A DNA stretch of 64,000 bases from assembly GCA_000934665.2 (NCBI GenBank), contig JYFJ02000808.1:1-64000 (forward strand), in the 5' to 3' direction. Below are positions 48,005-61,266 of the stretch, piece by piece. The notes under the pieces were generated by a model. The model had not been told where the DNA came from, did no database searches, and worked only from the letters and a program-made list of their open reading frames with translations. How positions within the stretch are numbered: position 1 is the first letter of the stretch; the number at the start of each line of letters is the position of its first letter. The position numbers and the translations under genes are program-made. This DNA is from Catajapyx aquilonaris. Lineage: Eukaryota.

Positions 48005-50731
48005 AACTCTTACTACCCGTCTCTCTGGGTAAGGGGAGAAGCATTAAAGGTAAAGCATCACTGTTCTTTATAATCAATCTCTTCGCCTTAAAAGAAAAGC
48101 GTAGTTGTGAAAGAGTACCCAAAAAAAATCAGGTTTTGTTACTTTTTTGTGAGGGAAAAAGTGCGAGGCAACTGTGTAAAGCACTTGGTTGGATTGTCTT
48201 AATTTTTTTTCTTCCAATTTGCCTCTTCCCAGTCTCTTCCCCCCTCCTTCCGACCCATTGTTGTAAATATACTGCCATCCATTGTATTGCCTGATTTTCT
48301 TACTCTGGTTTACTCCCTTTTTGTAGAACTTTTTTTATTGACCTTTTCTATACACTGCATTTTTTTTACACTTTTTTACCATGTATATTTATTGTTTTCG
48401 ATCTATGGCACTTGATGTGTCGGAAAAAAAAAGTGCTTCTAGTTGCCATTGGCTGTAGCCACACGTTTTTTTACAAACGAGAATAAAGCAGAAAAAAAAA
48501 CAGTAAATTATTTTGAGATTTTAATCGTACTAGAAAATGTTTCTAGTCAACTACTCAGGAAGTATATATATATTTTTCTTGAATCATCTGTGATAATTAA
48601 TGATTAAGCATTCTGTTACTTAGGAGAAAATGTTTGTACATATATTATTTTCGACCCCAGTTTTTTAATTGGGAACGTTTTTTACACCTGATCCTTACCC
48701 CCTACAACTCTCCGCAAAACAGGTAGTTTCGACTTGTATCAAGTCCGTTTGTAGCTCTTGGAACCTGTTTGAACGAGGCCTATTTGAAAGGCAGTTACGT
48801 TAAGTCACTTTTGATAATGTATGCCTGCGTTTCAAATACACCTCAGTGCATGAATAATCCCGCTCCCGTCAATCCCCACCAAAAAAAATGCCACATAACT
48901 GTTGATTGTATTTATTGACAGCTCTTTTTTTTCTTTTTAAATACCCTAGGAGGAAACAACATGCATTTATTTTTCTTCACAGTTTCTTATACGAACTGAT
49001 TGTAACGAATTAAACAGTGTGTTGATCTTCTTTTGGCAGGTGAAGGTTAATCCGTTGTAGACTCTTATAATGGACTTTTTAAAAAAAAGAGAGAAAAAAA
49101 AACACAGGCTTAAATTATGCCGCATTTTGGTGCATTGTGAACTTGATATCATGTGACCCACCCCCTCCAAAAAAAAAAAAGAGAAAAAAGGGGGGGCCAG
49201 GACTGAAAAAAAGAGTCACTATCACTGCCATGATGGAGAAACTTGCTGCCGCATCCGAAAAAAAATACGCCCCGAAAAGAAAAAAAACATTAAAAAAAAA
49301 AAGGACACGAAGGCGGAAAAGACTTTTGAAGCATAATAGCTCAATTACCAAGGAACTTTTTGTGAGTGTACCATTTTTCTTGTTTTCGTTTTTTTTTTTT
49401 ATGTCATTGTGTGAAATATTTTGATCTTAGGTGGTTTTAAAAAAAAATCGTCTTTTCTCTCAAAGGTTGGGTGGGTTGGGGGAGGGGGGAAGTTTTTCTA
49501 TTATTATTATTGTAAAGATTTCAGGGGGAGCGGGGTGATGGGGCATGAGAGAAAAGATGCGTGCTGTATTTTTTTGGGAGAATACGTGTTACAACGCTGG
49601 TTCATTAATAAAATTACGTGTGTTGCGTTTCTCCTTGTTCGAATCTTATGGAGATGATAACGTTTTTAAAGACTTGTTGACCACCTGAAATAAAAACACT
49701 GGACAAATTTCTTGCCAAGCAGTGTGAGTGAATGTACATAATTAGAGTAGCTGAGATGTGATTAAAGGAGTATTTTTTGAAACCAAAATAGACAAGTGTC
49801 TCTTTTTGTCCCTCCTCCGACGAACTGCATCTGCTTTCTTACGTCATAAGAAATGTGCAGTTTCCCCCGACTATGGTTGTGTGTACTACCTGTTTTGGTC
49901 TATTCTTCCCTAGACCAAACATAGTAAAGACTTTTGTAGGACGGAAAGAAAAAATTCCTTTATGCCTTCTACAGTTTACAGTGTCACAGAAAACATAAAA
50001 GGAGAACATACAAAAATAGTGCAAAAAGTGTAAATAAGTAGGAACTCTTTTTATCTTGTGCATAGAGGTGATATAGAATGTATCTGTTACATGTCTCTTG
50101 TACGTGATCATTACAAAACTATTCTTACATTTTTCTCAGTGTGTATCCATCTACTCAAAAAGGAAAAATATCCGTTTACATTCCTACTGTGAAAAATGGC
50201 AGTGCTTCGCTATGTTCCTCTTAAACGCTTCACATTCGCCTCTTCAAACGATCGGAATGTACGCTTGCAATTACAGAACTCTCATTTAAAACCATTAAGT
50301 GCTCAACACCCTTTTCTGCGGCTATTTGCCACCCTTGCAAGTGCTGCATAATCTCAAGTCTAACCTTTGGTATATAATTTTTGATCTGATTATTATTATT
50401 TATTAATTAGCAACAGCTTTCTGAAATAATACTTTTTGAAATCTGATGTGCATAATGCTACGCTTGATTCTTCGCTTGCAACATATCCTGCATCATTCAA
50501 CATCTCAACGCTAATACAAGTCATTCTTGACCTAACAATACGCCTCCTCGGCCAACCAGACGCAAACATCAACCCAGGGGTGTTAGCCCAACAATGCAAC
50601 CTTATCATGCCCTCAATGTGCTCTTCCTTACTACAATGCTTAACCGTGCACCATGACATTCCTTCTGACTTGAACAAGACCACGTTTGGCCTGTCAGTAA
50701 AACCACAAAAATTGGGCGGCCAAGTTGCATC

Positions 50732-53700
50732 CTACTTAGGTGGCATCGGAATGGGCGAGTGTAGGTCAGCGGTCGAGTCGAGCTTCCTGGTCTCGTGCTC
50801 AAGCAGAGTTGTGTCCAGAACTGGGTCCAGTGCCACGTTCCTCAGGCTCTCTCCAAGTACGTGCCGCAGCTGCATTATCTCCTGGCCCGTGCGACTGCTT
50901 CGTAGGATGTACGCTTGGCGCTTTTTGATCTCTTGTCCCAGCTGCTCCTTCAGCATTTGGATCTGGTGTAGTGAAGCAGTGTTTTACAGGAAAGGAAAAT
51001 TGGGACAATCGTACGCTCTTGCACTAACTTCCAAAACATTGGTGGACATGCTCTGTCAACAGTTCTAACCTGATTCTCAAGCCTGAGGACCTGCTGCCTG
51101 TGTGTCTGCTCTCTGGCCTCCAACATCCTCTCCGCCTGTGCCTGGGCAGATCTGGTCCTATCCAGGTCCGAGTCTCTCTCTAACCTCTGCTGAGAGGCCA
51201 GGTCCACCAGCCTCCTGCTCTGAAGCTGCTCGCTTTCACCCAGCTGCAGCTCCAGCTTCTGCACCTGACGACGAAGCTCTCGGTTCTCATCTTCAAGCAC
51301 CCTGAAGCGGTGCAGGTGAGACGACGACGTTGGTGATGCCAAACTGCCTGTGCTGCCCTTGGTCGAGTCGTACTGCAAGTCGACAGATCGGATGTCAAAG
51401 CCTGACACTGAATCCAATGGTCGCTTGCACATACCTTTTCTGCCAACAAGACTTCCCTCTCGGCTTTTGAAAGGGAACGCTCCAAGTTCCTCTTCTCAGA
51501 TTCCATTTCCCGCTTCTCTGTCTCCAGTTGGCGCATCTTATCCTGTACATCGGATGATACAATTCATTATTAGGATGGATATTAAGTACGGCACGTAACA
51601 ACCAGCTTACATTTGCATTGTCGCACTTTCGCTGCAGCTCTATCTTGTCCTTCTGTAGTGCTTGCATCTGCCTCAGGAAAAAGTCGTTTCCCTTTGGTTG
51701 CCCACCTTCGGTCTGAGAAAAATGTTACACATTACATCGTTTCATATTACTTGCAGCTGCACTTCGACCTTCTAACTTCAAATGCTAATCGGGACATACC
51801 GTCGACGAAACCTTGATCTGTGACTCCAGGCTACACCGCTGTATTTCCGAGTTGGTTAGTTCATTTTGCAGCTTGTGAATCTGATCCGCCAGTTGCTGAT
51901 TCTGGCGCTTGAGCTCTGCGGTGCTCTGCTGAAGTGTTTCCAGGCGGTCTGAGGCCACCCTCCGATCATTCTCGCTCCTGGCCAGAGCCTTCTGCGCTTG
52001 CTGGAGCCTCTCGTTTAGGCCCTGGCTGGACGAACTGGTGTCTGTCAGGCTCCGCTGCAGGGCCAGCAGCTGCGACTTCAGATCAGCCTCCCCACCAGCC
52101 GATTTTTCCAGGCTCTGATTCAGCTGCTCGACAGTTGTCTTTAGAGACGCACACCTCTCCTCCAGGCTGGCCACCGTCTTGGTCAACGACTCGCATTTGT
52201 CCTGGAGGTTTCTCCCCTGAGTGTCTCGGTCCTGCAAGACCAGCTGGAGACGCTGGACATCACCTTCCAGCGACCGCTTCTGCAGCTCCAGTTTTGTGCC
52301 CCGTGAGTCGGATTGGCCTGAATTAACAAGAAAACAGTGTTGCATACACACATACACCAAGCACTTTGCAATACAGATTGTCTGGAGGGGTTAGTCACTT
52401 GATGGTGCACAACAGACTTCAACCGGACTTCAGTCTCAGTGTACTAATGACTTCATAAGTGACTAACCCCTCGGATTGTCTTTATCTTTCAGGTTGTAAT
52501 GTACTTCAACATTAGTCTCTTTCAAAGCATATTGTCACTGTACCTAGTTCGTCCTGTAGTGCCTTCTTCTCCATTTCCAACTTGGCATTGGTTTGCTTCA
52601 GTTTCTCCAGCCGCTCCTCCACCTGCGCCTTCTGGTCTCCTGTGCCTCTGAGAGAGTGTTCCAAGGAGTTCAGCTTGTCTTCCATCAGTCTGGTTTCCTC
52701 TCCCTTCTTCTGTAGGGATTCAGTCTGTGTCTGGAGCTGTGTTGACTTTGCTGCCAGTCGCTGCTCCAGGTCCCGCTTGTCCTGCTGCAAGTGCTGGAGG
52801 GTCAAGGACAGCTGAGCCGCTTTCTGTTCCGACTTGCTTCCGGCCTCCTGGACATCCTGAAGACGCCGCTGCAGAGTGTGGATCTGGGAGCTCTTGTCAT
52901 CCTTCTCCCGTTCCAGCAAGGACATCTGGTGCATGAAGTTCTTAACAGCCTTCCGAATTACCTCTGGATCTATGTCTGAAGCATCTGGCGAACGGCCATC
53001 GCCTGCTTCAGGAGCTAGAAGCAACATAGAGTGAGCTAGAAAAGAGAAGATGTTTTCGTGCAGTTAATTCAGATGCGAATACCTTTGTGCCCCTTGAATC
53101 CTCCACGTCTTGGTGGTGGTCCCTTCTTCTCTGCTTCCCCAATCTGGAAGCCCTTGATCTGCTTGAGGGCACTGCACACACCAGTTAGCTTGTACTCCAC
53201 GTCTCTCTTCGCTGCTTCCAACTGGGCCAGCTGTTCCTCCAAAGCCCTTCCCCTGCCCTCTGCTGCGCCTAACTTAGCCCTGAAGTATCGAGAGTGCAAA
53301 TTAATTTCAAATTGCAAGGCTGCGAGATTGCGAATATGCACCTGGACTCTTGCAGCTGCTGTTGTGATGAGGAGAGGCAGATCTCCAGGTTGTGCCTCTG
53401 GTCCTCCAGCCGCTTCTCCCTCCCTCTCCCTTCGTCCAGGAGGGTGGACAGTTCCCTCTCCCGCTCACCCCACCTCTCCAACTCCTCTGCCATCCTGCCC
53501 TGCATGCGACTTGAGTCTGTCTGGCTCGACTCCAGGCCAGATTCAAGCTCCTCCAGCTGTTTCCGCATGCGCTGGGATTCACGGTCAAGGTCCTCTCGTT
53601 GGTCGCTCTCTGCCTGCAGTCGTGATTGTGTCTCCTAAAATTGCAAGTGAAACCCTTGAGTTACCTAACTACAGTATCACTGTCAACACGACACAGACCT

Positions 53701-56700
53701 GCAAGTCCTTCTCCAGCTGTGTGTTCCGCAGACGGAGTTTCTGCAGTTGCTCTCTCTGGGTCTGCACCTCCCTTGATGAGTGGAGGCCATCTTGCTCCAG
53801 GGCTTGCACTTGGGTCATCAGAAGTGAACGCTCTTTCTCCAGAGTGTTTCGTATCTCCTCAAGGGCTGGTAAGTACAAACAACTCCGTTGAATCAAAATC
53901 ATACATGTCACTGAGCGATATGCTTACAGTTAATTTTCTGCTCGGCTTCCTCAATCGTTCTGGCTTGTTTCCTCTTCTCGCTCTCAATCTGCTTGATGTG
54001 GTCTCTCAAATTCTCATTGGTTGAGTGATACTTCTCCTTTTCGTAGTGGCTCTCAGACAGCTGTCGTCGGGTGTCTGTCAGTTCCTTCCTTAAACTCTCG
54101 CAAAGGTTTTCGGCTGCGGACAGTAAGCCACGCAAATATTGTTAAACGCATGTGTCATTTCCTTGGCAGCAGCGGTCAATGTCAATTACACAAAATGAGT
54201 TCTAACGACAATACTTACTCTCCTTCAGGCTCCTCTTAGTGTCCGTCAGTTGCGCCTTGAGGTTATCCTGGTGGTCCTCTCCAAGCCGCAGCTGAGTCCT
54301 AAGCTCCTGTATCTCCTGCTGTGCCGCTTCCCTTTCCCTCTGCACCTCACCGATCCTCTCCTCCAGCTGCTTGCACTCTGCTTCGTAGTGCGCCCTAAAA
54401 ATATAAAATGGACGAAAGGAAAATGATAGACAGCAAGGTTTTGCGGACTTACTGCGACTCCTCTGCCTTGCTCTTCAGTTTGGACATGTCCACTTTGAGT
54501 GCGTTAAGACCAGCCCTGTCCTGCTCAGCCCTGGAGGCACTCTCTCTCCTGTGCTTCTCCAGAGCATTCCTGGAATCTTCCAGCTCACTCTGAAGAAACT
54601 GGATCTTCTCCCCTAGAGCCTGCTGGTCCTGCTGTGCCAAAAGAAGTCCCTGCTGCTTATCGTTTTCTGCTCGCAGAAGTGCCTCTTCCTGCTCCTGAGC
54701 CAACGTCTCCAGCTGCATCTGCAGTGCGTCAATTTGGGCCAACAGCCGGTGGATATCAGATTCCTTCTCCGCATCCAACTGCTGCAATGCTTGGGACATC
54801 TTCTTTTCCAAGTTAGTGCGGAGGTGCTCCTGTGAAAAATGCATTGATGTTTAAACAATTGCGAATAATCATTTGTAAATTAGATGTTCCGATTTCATGT
54901 AGATAATAACGGCTCGAAACAAACCTTGTCTTCAAGTAATTTGGTAGAGATCTGGTCCTTCTCGCTTCTGAGCTCATCCATCTGCTGCTTGAATTCGAGC
55001 CCTTGATCCTCCAACTGCTTCAGTGCTTCCATCTTGTTGGCCGCCATCTGCTGCTGGGTCATCGCCAGCTGGTCGCTCACTTGGGTCAACTGAGATTTCA
55101 GTGCTGACAGCTTTGCCTTTTTAAAAAGCATTTGGAAAAAAAAACACATTTAGCTCCCATGAAGGCACACAAATCCTCCAGTCTAACGTACGCAACATGC
55201 AGTAGTTTGAAAATAGTGGTCATATGCCATTTACAAACATACGGGAGAACGTCTTCCTCGAGCATTTATTATGAAAATAAAATCATATCCACAGCCTTGC
55301 ATTATGTAGCGTTAGGTAGTATGGTACGAAATTGTCATGACCAAGCCTTAACCAAAATTGAGAATTTTTTCCTGCAAGCAGACTCGTTAGCATTCACGTA
55401 GTCCTCACAGTGCCTCTTTCCTGGATAACAAGTTATCCAGCATCCCACCACAGTGACATTGCAAATTTCATTTGTTGTATATATTTTATTTTCTGTTATG
55501 CAACATTTCCTGGTGTATTGGCTTTAGGTGGCATTTCCACGTGTCACAACGTAACTTGTTATCCCGTCCGCACCAAAGGTGAATGGTAGGAAGATGGTTG
55601 TGCTTCTCTAATTCATGCCACCTACTCTCGGGAACTATGCTCACATCCGCAGAACCAACGCGAAGCTGCATTACTGACTGTGGGTGAGGTTGGGTCATGT
55701 TAGGTTTAGGCCCATCAAGGGAATTGTCATGATGTAATGTATGTATTACAGGCAATCATGAGTAATCATAATTAAAAGTGAAGTGGCGAATCCCTTGGGG
55801 GAAATATGCTTTTGACATACCATGAGTAGTCCAAGTGTAACCCTGCAATAGCATATAAATTGTACCTCCTTGTCCTGAAGCTCCTTGTCAAGTTGGTTGC
55901 ACTTGCCGTCACTCGTGTCCAGGTGTGCTTGCGCATCGTAGAGTGACCCCTCCAGAGACGCTTTCTCTGACCTGAGGGCAGCATGAACCTCCATCAGCCT
56001 CTGGATTTCCTTCTCCGCTGCCTCCAAAAACACCTCCTTTTCCTCCTTGGCCTTTGACAGCTGCTCTATGTCCTGGTTCAGCCTCTCCCTGGTTTCTGCG
56101 GCCTGGTCTATCTTCTGCCTGCATCTGGACAGCTCCTCGCTCAGTCCTTCTTTCTCCCTGGAGAGTGCCAAGAGCTGATTGGTCAAGTCTGTCTTTTCTC
56201 TGGACACTTGGGACAGCTCCATCTCTGTCCTGTCCCGCTCTGCATCTGACACCTTCAAGCGTTCCTGCAGGGTCAGCTTGTCGCGCTCGAGGTCTAGCCG
56301 CGACTGCTCTGCCTGGAGTGTGAATTGCAAGTCTCACGACACAGTGTTGAAAGCAAGGCAAGTCAAGTACCGTAATTGTACGATATGGCAGCCAAGCACA
56401 GTACCTGCAATATTTCCTTCCTGAGAGAAGCAAGATCACCCTGAAGATCAGCAACTTGAGCCTGCAGAGCTGCCTTAGTCTCCTCCAGCTGTCCAACCTC
56501 CTCCCCTAGTCTCCTGTTGTCTTTTTGAAATGCGGCAGAGACTCCTTCCTGCTTGGCCAGGGATGCCATCATCATCTGAGACTCGGTCCTCATCCTGTCC
56601 AGCTCTGACTCTAGATCTGCCCGATTGTGCTCCAGCTGGGACACCAACCTCTCCAGCTCCAGCTTCTGCTCTTCCAGAACCTCCTTGGCCAGCGAAGTTT

Positions 56701-59285
56701 TGTTGAAGTCCTCACGAGCCAGCAGCAGATCTCCCTTCAGCAAAGTGCATTTTTCTTCCTCACTCTGAAGCGCTGTTTCCCTGCAATAAGTTAGTTCACA
56801 CATAATAATGCCATTCCTAATTACTTCATAATACGAGGCGCATCCAGAAAGAAGTTCCATTTTTTAATTAGGAAAACCACAACGCACCCCCAAAATTTTT
56901 AAATAAAAATTTTGGGGGTGCATTGTGGTTTTCCTAATAAAAAAACGGAACTACTTTCTGGACGTGCCTCGTAATCACTAGTCAAAGCTGACCTGAGAGC
57001 AAGTTCCCTGGCAAGCCGGTCAACCTCTGCATTGAGGTAGGCCTTGTCGTCCTCGACAACTTCAACCAACTTCTGGAACCTAAGCATGGCTTTCTGCAGC
57101 TTCTCCCTGTCTTGTGAGGTGTTGTCCAGATCCGCAGACATCTGACCCTTGGCCTTTTCCAGGGCAGCCTTCTCCTGGCGCAGAGACTGAACAGACGCAG
57201 TCAAACTTTCCTTCTCCTGCTCCAAGGCTTGCCTGCTACCCTGCAGGGAGTCCAACTCCGACATCATTTCCTCCAGACGCTTCTCCAGCACTTCTTGGGA
57301 CTCCTCTGCATTCTCACATTGGCGGCGAACCAGTGTCAGCTGCTCCTTTGTGGAGTTCAGTTTCACCTGCAAAATAAGACCATGTAATCGATAGAGTTTG
57401 TCACTGGGTGCTGCTACTTGTGAATGGAAAACTAACCTGCAGCTCATGGACTTGCAGCTGCCTCTTGTTAAGTGCTGCTTGGACAGCCGATATGGCCCCT
57501 TGCGCAAAGGCAGGTGAGGCATGCCTCCCGTCCCTGGAAGGGGAACGAGGCGAGGAGGAAAAGATTCCGCCAGTGGTCAGATGCAAGTGATCCAACACCC
57601 TCTCCCCTTCTCCTCCGCCACCCCCAGCTCTGTCCCCCCACTCATCCTCTTGGCTCTCTGCGTCCTGGATGACCAGATGGGCAATGTCCCTCAGGGCATT
57701 CCTGAGGAGCGTGGCCTCCTCTTGTGAGGGGAACAGCCTGGCCATCTCCTCCTCTGCTTCGGCACACCGGTCCTCCAGTGACCTTGCCTGCCTGGTCAGT
57801 TCCTCAACACGGTTTTCCTTATCTGCCAGCTCTCTCTGCAGGGACTCGGTCTGCGATTTCAATGTAGACACTTGCTTCTGGTAGGCCAGACGTTCCTCTT
57901 CCAGTTTTTCACGCTGCGACTATGTGGCCAAAATAATAATTTTAAGAGTCAGCATTTGCTTTCACCCTACCAGCGACATACCTCATCCTGCTGTGCATGA
58001 TGAGAAGAGGCCATGACAGAAAGGCAGGCACTCCCTGCCTCCCTGGCCGTCCTTGCCAGGTCAGCCCGTAGTCGTGCCAGGTCTCTTTCAGTGGTTCCCT
58101 GGAGGTCAGAAAACTCTCTCCTCACCCCAACCACCTGCCTCCAGAGGGTGAGAAGACGGGAATGCTCTGCACTGTAATACTCATTGAACGTCTGCTCTTC
58201 CTCCTTCCACTCCTCTTCCTTGGCTTGCATCTCCTCACGCAAGGACTCCCAGTCAGTGCTCAGCTTCTGGAGGTCGCCAGTCAAAGCTTCATTTGTCTGA
58301 TGAGCCTCCTGCAGTTGATCCCGCATCTGGGAGTTTACCGTAAGAAGGTTGTCGCATCTGAATCGAGAGGATAACCACTCAGGTGAGAATAGGGGAAACA
58401 GGGTATATGTTAAAACTGGGATGTGATATAACCAGGGTTCTTTCTGAAAATCCCTACGTATTTGTATGGATTTTCCGAAATGGCTTTGTCACATGCAGCT
58501 CCTGGTGAAACTGGCCCTAAGAAATTGCTCATTATCTTTGAGGAGCTCATCAATATTAAAGAGTCCACTCCACCTGTGTTGTTCTTCCTCAAGTTTCATA
58601 AGTGCTGTCTCTAGATCCATGGAAGGTTGTGAATGCAGGTGGGATCGCCCAAGCCCAGAGGTGGACCCTAAGGGTTGATGCTCCTGGGCCATGTCCGCTA
58701 AATGACTGCTCTCCCTCATACGAGATTCCAGGTCTGAGCATCGCTGTTTGTACTGTAGAACCTGAACAAAGGGTCAAAAATTTTATGTACAGCCAAATGA
58801 TTTCATTGCCCTGTAGGAAATGGTACAGACACTAGGAGGTAAGTTCACCACCGACATTTCCGCTTCAACAGTACTTAATAACTCATACCTTAGCTTGCAA
58901 ACGGCTGACCAACACTGCCTGGTGATGTTGGGCTTGCCTGTATGTGTCTAGTTTCCTTCTAAACTGTCCTGCTTCATCCTCTAGCCGTCTCCTAAGGGCC
59001 ACATTCTGCTGGAGGACAGAGGACGGAGTGGGTGGGGCAGTGCCTGGACTCTCCAATGCTGCTTCCATCAACAAATCCTGTGCAGGTAGAGGCAAAGTGA
59101 GCGACTGTAGGTGGCAAAGACGGGGGCTGGCTTACCCTATCTGGCGACGTCAGGGCATAAGGCTGCTCCAGCCCACGTAGTTCCAAGGACCTGGGGCCAG
59201 CAGTTATCTGGAGAGATTGAGTAATGAGTGGAGTGGCAGAGTGGAGTAGAAGCGGATCAATCATGCTTGGGGCAGGGGCTTTCAT
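50732..59285 (-). CDS. CROCC: Rootletin (ciliary rootlet coiled-coil protein), ~1967 aa; exons (minus) 59285-59136, 59077-58889, 58761-58574, 58357-57982, 57919-57437, 57366-56993, 56780-56405, 56312-55866, 55116-54925, 54829-54453, 54394-54219, 54113-53928, 53865-53699, 53634-53342, 53279-53083, 53014-52544, 52317-51800, 51712-51611, 51542-51435, 51372-51070, 50962-50732
   Basis: Rootletin N-terminal motifs RRKLDTYRQAQHHQAVLVSRLQAKVLQYKQRCSDLE, ETALMKLEEE, NEALTGDLQKLSTDW and FNEYYSAEHSRLLTLWRQVV; also AVQAALNKRQLQVHELQVKL, DIDPEVIRKAV and C-terminal EAREQTHRQQVLRLENQ. Long heptad coiled coil with phase-consistent GT-AG introns. The true start may lie in an unrecognised upstream exon. Confidence 0.92.
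52384..52473. mobile_element. 90-bp MITE with 8-bp TSD in a rootletin intron
   Basis: TIR GAGGGGTTAGTCACTT / AAGTGACTAACCCCTC; direct repeat GATTGTCT at 52376-83 and 52474-81. Confidence 0.7.
56834..56971. mobile_element. Hairpin mariner MITE (MADE1-like architecture) in a rootletin intron
   Basis: TA|CGAGGCGCATCCAGAAAG ... CTTTCTGGACGTGCCTCG|TA; arms ~67 bp with a 4-nt loop. Confidence 0.85.
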
Positions 59286-60852
59286 TAGAGTAATGCTATG
59301 GGCAGAAAAGAAGGAGGCCGGCAGTTGATTATATTGCTACCCAAGCCTTGTGGTCAGCCAGTCAATCACTTTCCGAATATATTATTTAATAGCTTACAGT
59401 ACCAGCAGGGAGCAATTTAACAGCAAGCTTCTACCGTCAAATTAATTTTTTTTGGAAAAGCATGGTATTTATTTCCTTAATGCTTTCCTAACTCTCAGTC
59501 GGACCAAGAGCTAATAACCAAGTCCAGACTTCCGGTAAAGTGTACAACACACTTCACTCACTGCACCAATAATAAATGGTTACATGCAATATTACCATAC
59601 ATTGCAGTGCAACGCTTCTTGGCATACATAACATAAACAAGAAGAACATCGATAAAAGGAATAGTTGATGATGAACTAACATTAAGTGACAAGAAAATTA
59701 CAAATAATGCAAATACATGACACATTCTATGGTATACGCAAAACAAAATTAAACTACTGGACACCAATAGTGCGAATACAAGAGTCAGTTCCAACAAAAG
59801 AATTGGCAATAATATGGCACTGCCACCGTCATATTCCTTGTGATTGCTAGTACCATGTCACCTTAGGTACCGGTACTGGTTCCACGTAAAGCACTAGCAT
59901 GTGACAGAGGGGCTGTTAAGAAATTTTTATTTGGCACTAAATGGTTTTTGCATGTCATGGCATGTCCACTTGATTCCAGAAAAATATCCGAATGTGCCCT
60001 GTCCCCCATGAAAATAGGGTTGAAACAGTGGAATTTGATGTTGCACGACACAGTGATGGCCGGTAGGAAGTTCCTAATGAGATTGGGTCTGTGAGAAACC
60101 AAAGCGGCAGGGCCACTTGGCACTACTTGGAGACAAACCTACAGACTTTCCGCCCTCCAAACACCACCCATTCTCCCTTCACCCCCACTTCCCCTCCAAT
60201 CACTTCTGGTGCCTTGCACATGACTTCCCCACTCGCTCCTGGTCTGGTCCATGCACCGAATGACCCCAAAACCGGGACAAAACCAAGGCTAAAATACTCA
60301 TTTGTCACTCAAGTATGCTCATTTGGAGTATTCCCCGCACCATCTGCCATGATAGTAATGCAGTAATTAGTAAATTACAGACATTACTGAAACACGATTA
60401 ATCAAACCCCCAGAGCAGCAGTGAGCGATTATAAAAATCACAAGCCATGCATGTTTCAACCCACTGCACTGCTGCCATACAGACTAAACACCCTCATAAA
60501 TTCCACAAAAGTTTCATTCCATCACTATGAACAACATCAAGTTTGCATTGTACAGGGTAGTGCACTGCTCTGGTTGAAGAGCAGGTACCAGTATAGTAAA
60601 AAGCTTCAGATTTTGACCCCATCAATTTGTTTCCCCCAGAAACTAATTTTAAGCAAATGCTCTCTCTTGAATGGTAACTTGGGCAATGCCTCATCCTGAA
60701 TGCTTTTGGACATGAAATAAGTTCTCGTAGAACACATGGCAAATGCCTGAACACGAATAAAATGCTGTAATGGGAAGTTTTTACTACACAATAATGCAGT
60801 CTAAATCCATAATAAGTTCTAATGATATATCCAGCCACTTTATCCTAATATA

Positions 60853-61264
60853 CAGGGTGTTACCGGTAACTCTGGCAAAAATCACAGGGTGGGTAGAGGC
60901 CCCATAGGCAAGTATTTTGACCTTAGGTACCCATGTCCGGAAATGCCCCCATACGGGGTACGGCCGTTTCTACCTTTGGTCTGTTGCGCCTGGTGGGTAG
61001 GCAACCCATTGTACTTGAAGCTTGCATTCATCAGGTTTTGCACTTGACACTCGCAATTGTTTTCACCTTCGTCTCCTCCATACACGACACACAAGCTTCG
61101 AGTACGATGGGTTGCCTACCCACCAGCCGCAACAGACCAAAGGTGGAAATGGCCGTACCCCCGTATGGGGGCATTTCCGGACATGGGTACCTGAACTCAA
61201 AATACTTGCCTATGGGGCCTCTACCCACCCTGTGATTTTTGTCAGAGTTACCGGTAACACTCTC
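60853..61264. mobile_element. Fold-back Tc1/mariner MITE upstream of rootletin
   Basis: TA|CAGGGTGTTACCGGTAACTCTG ... CAGAGTTACCGGTAACACTCTC|TA; ~170-bp inverted arms. Confidence 0.85.
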
Positions 61265-61266
61265 TA

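Noticed and set aside
49137..49424. Lys/Arg-rich ORF
   Set aside because: Arises from A-homopolymer runs in the convergent 3' UTR/intergenic region; no splice or start context.
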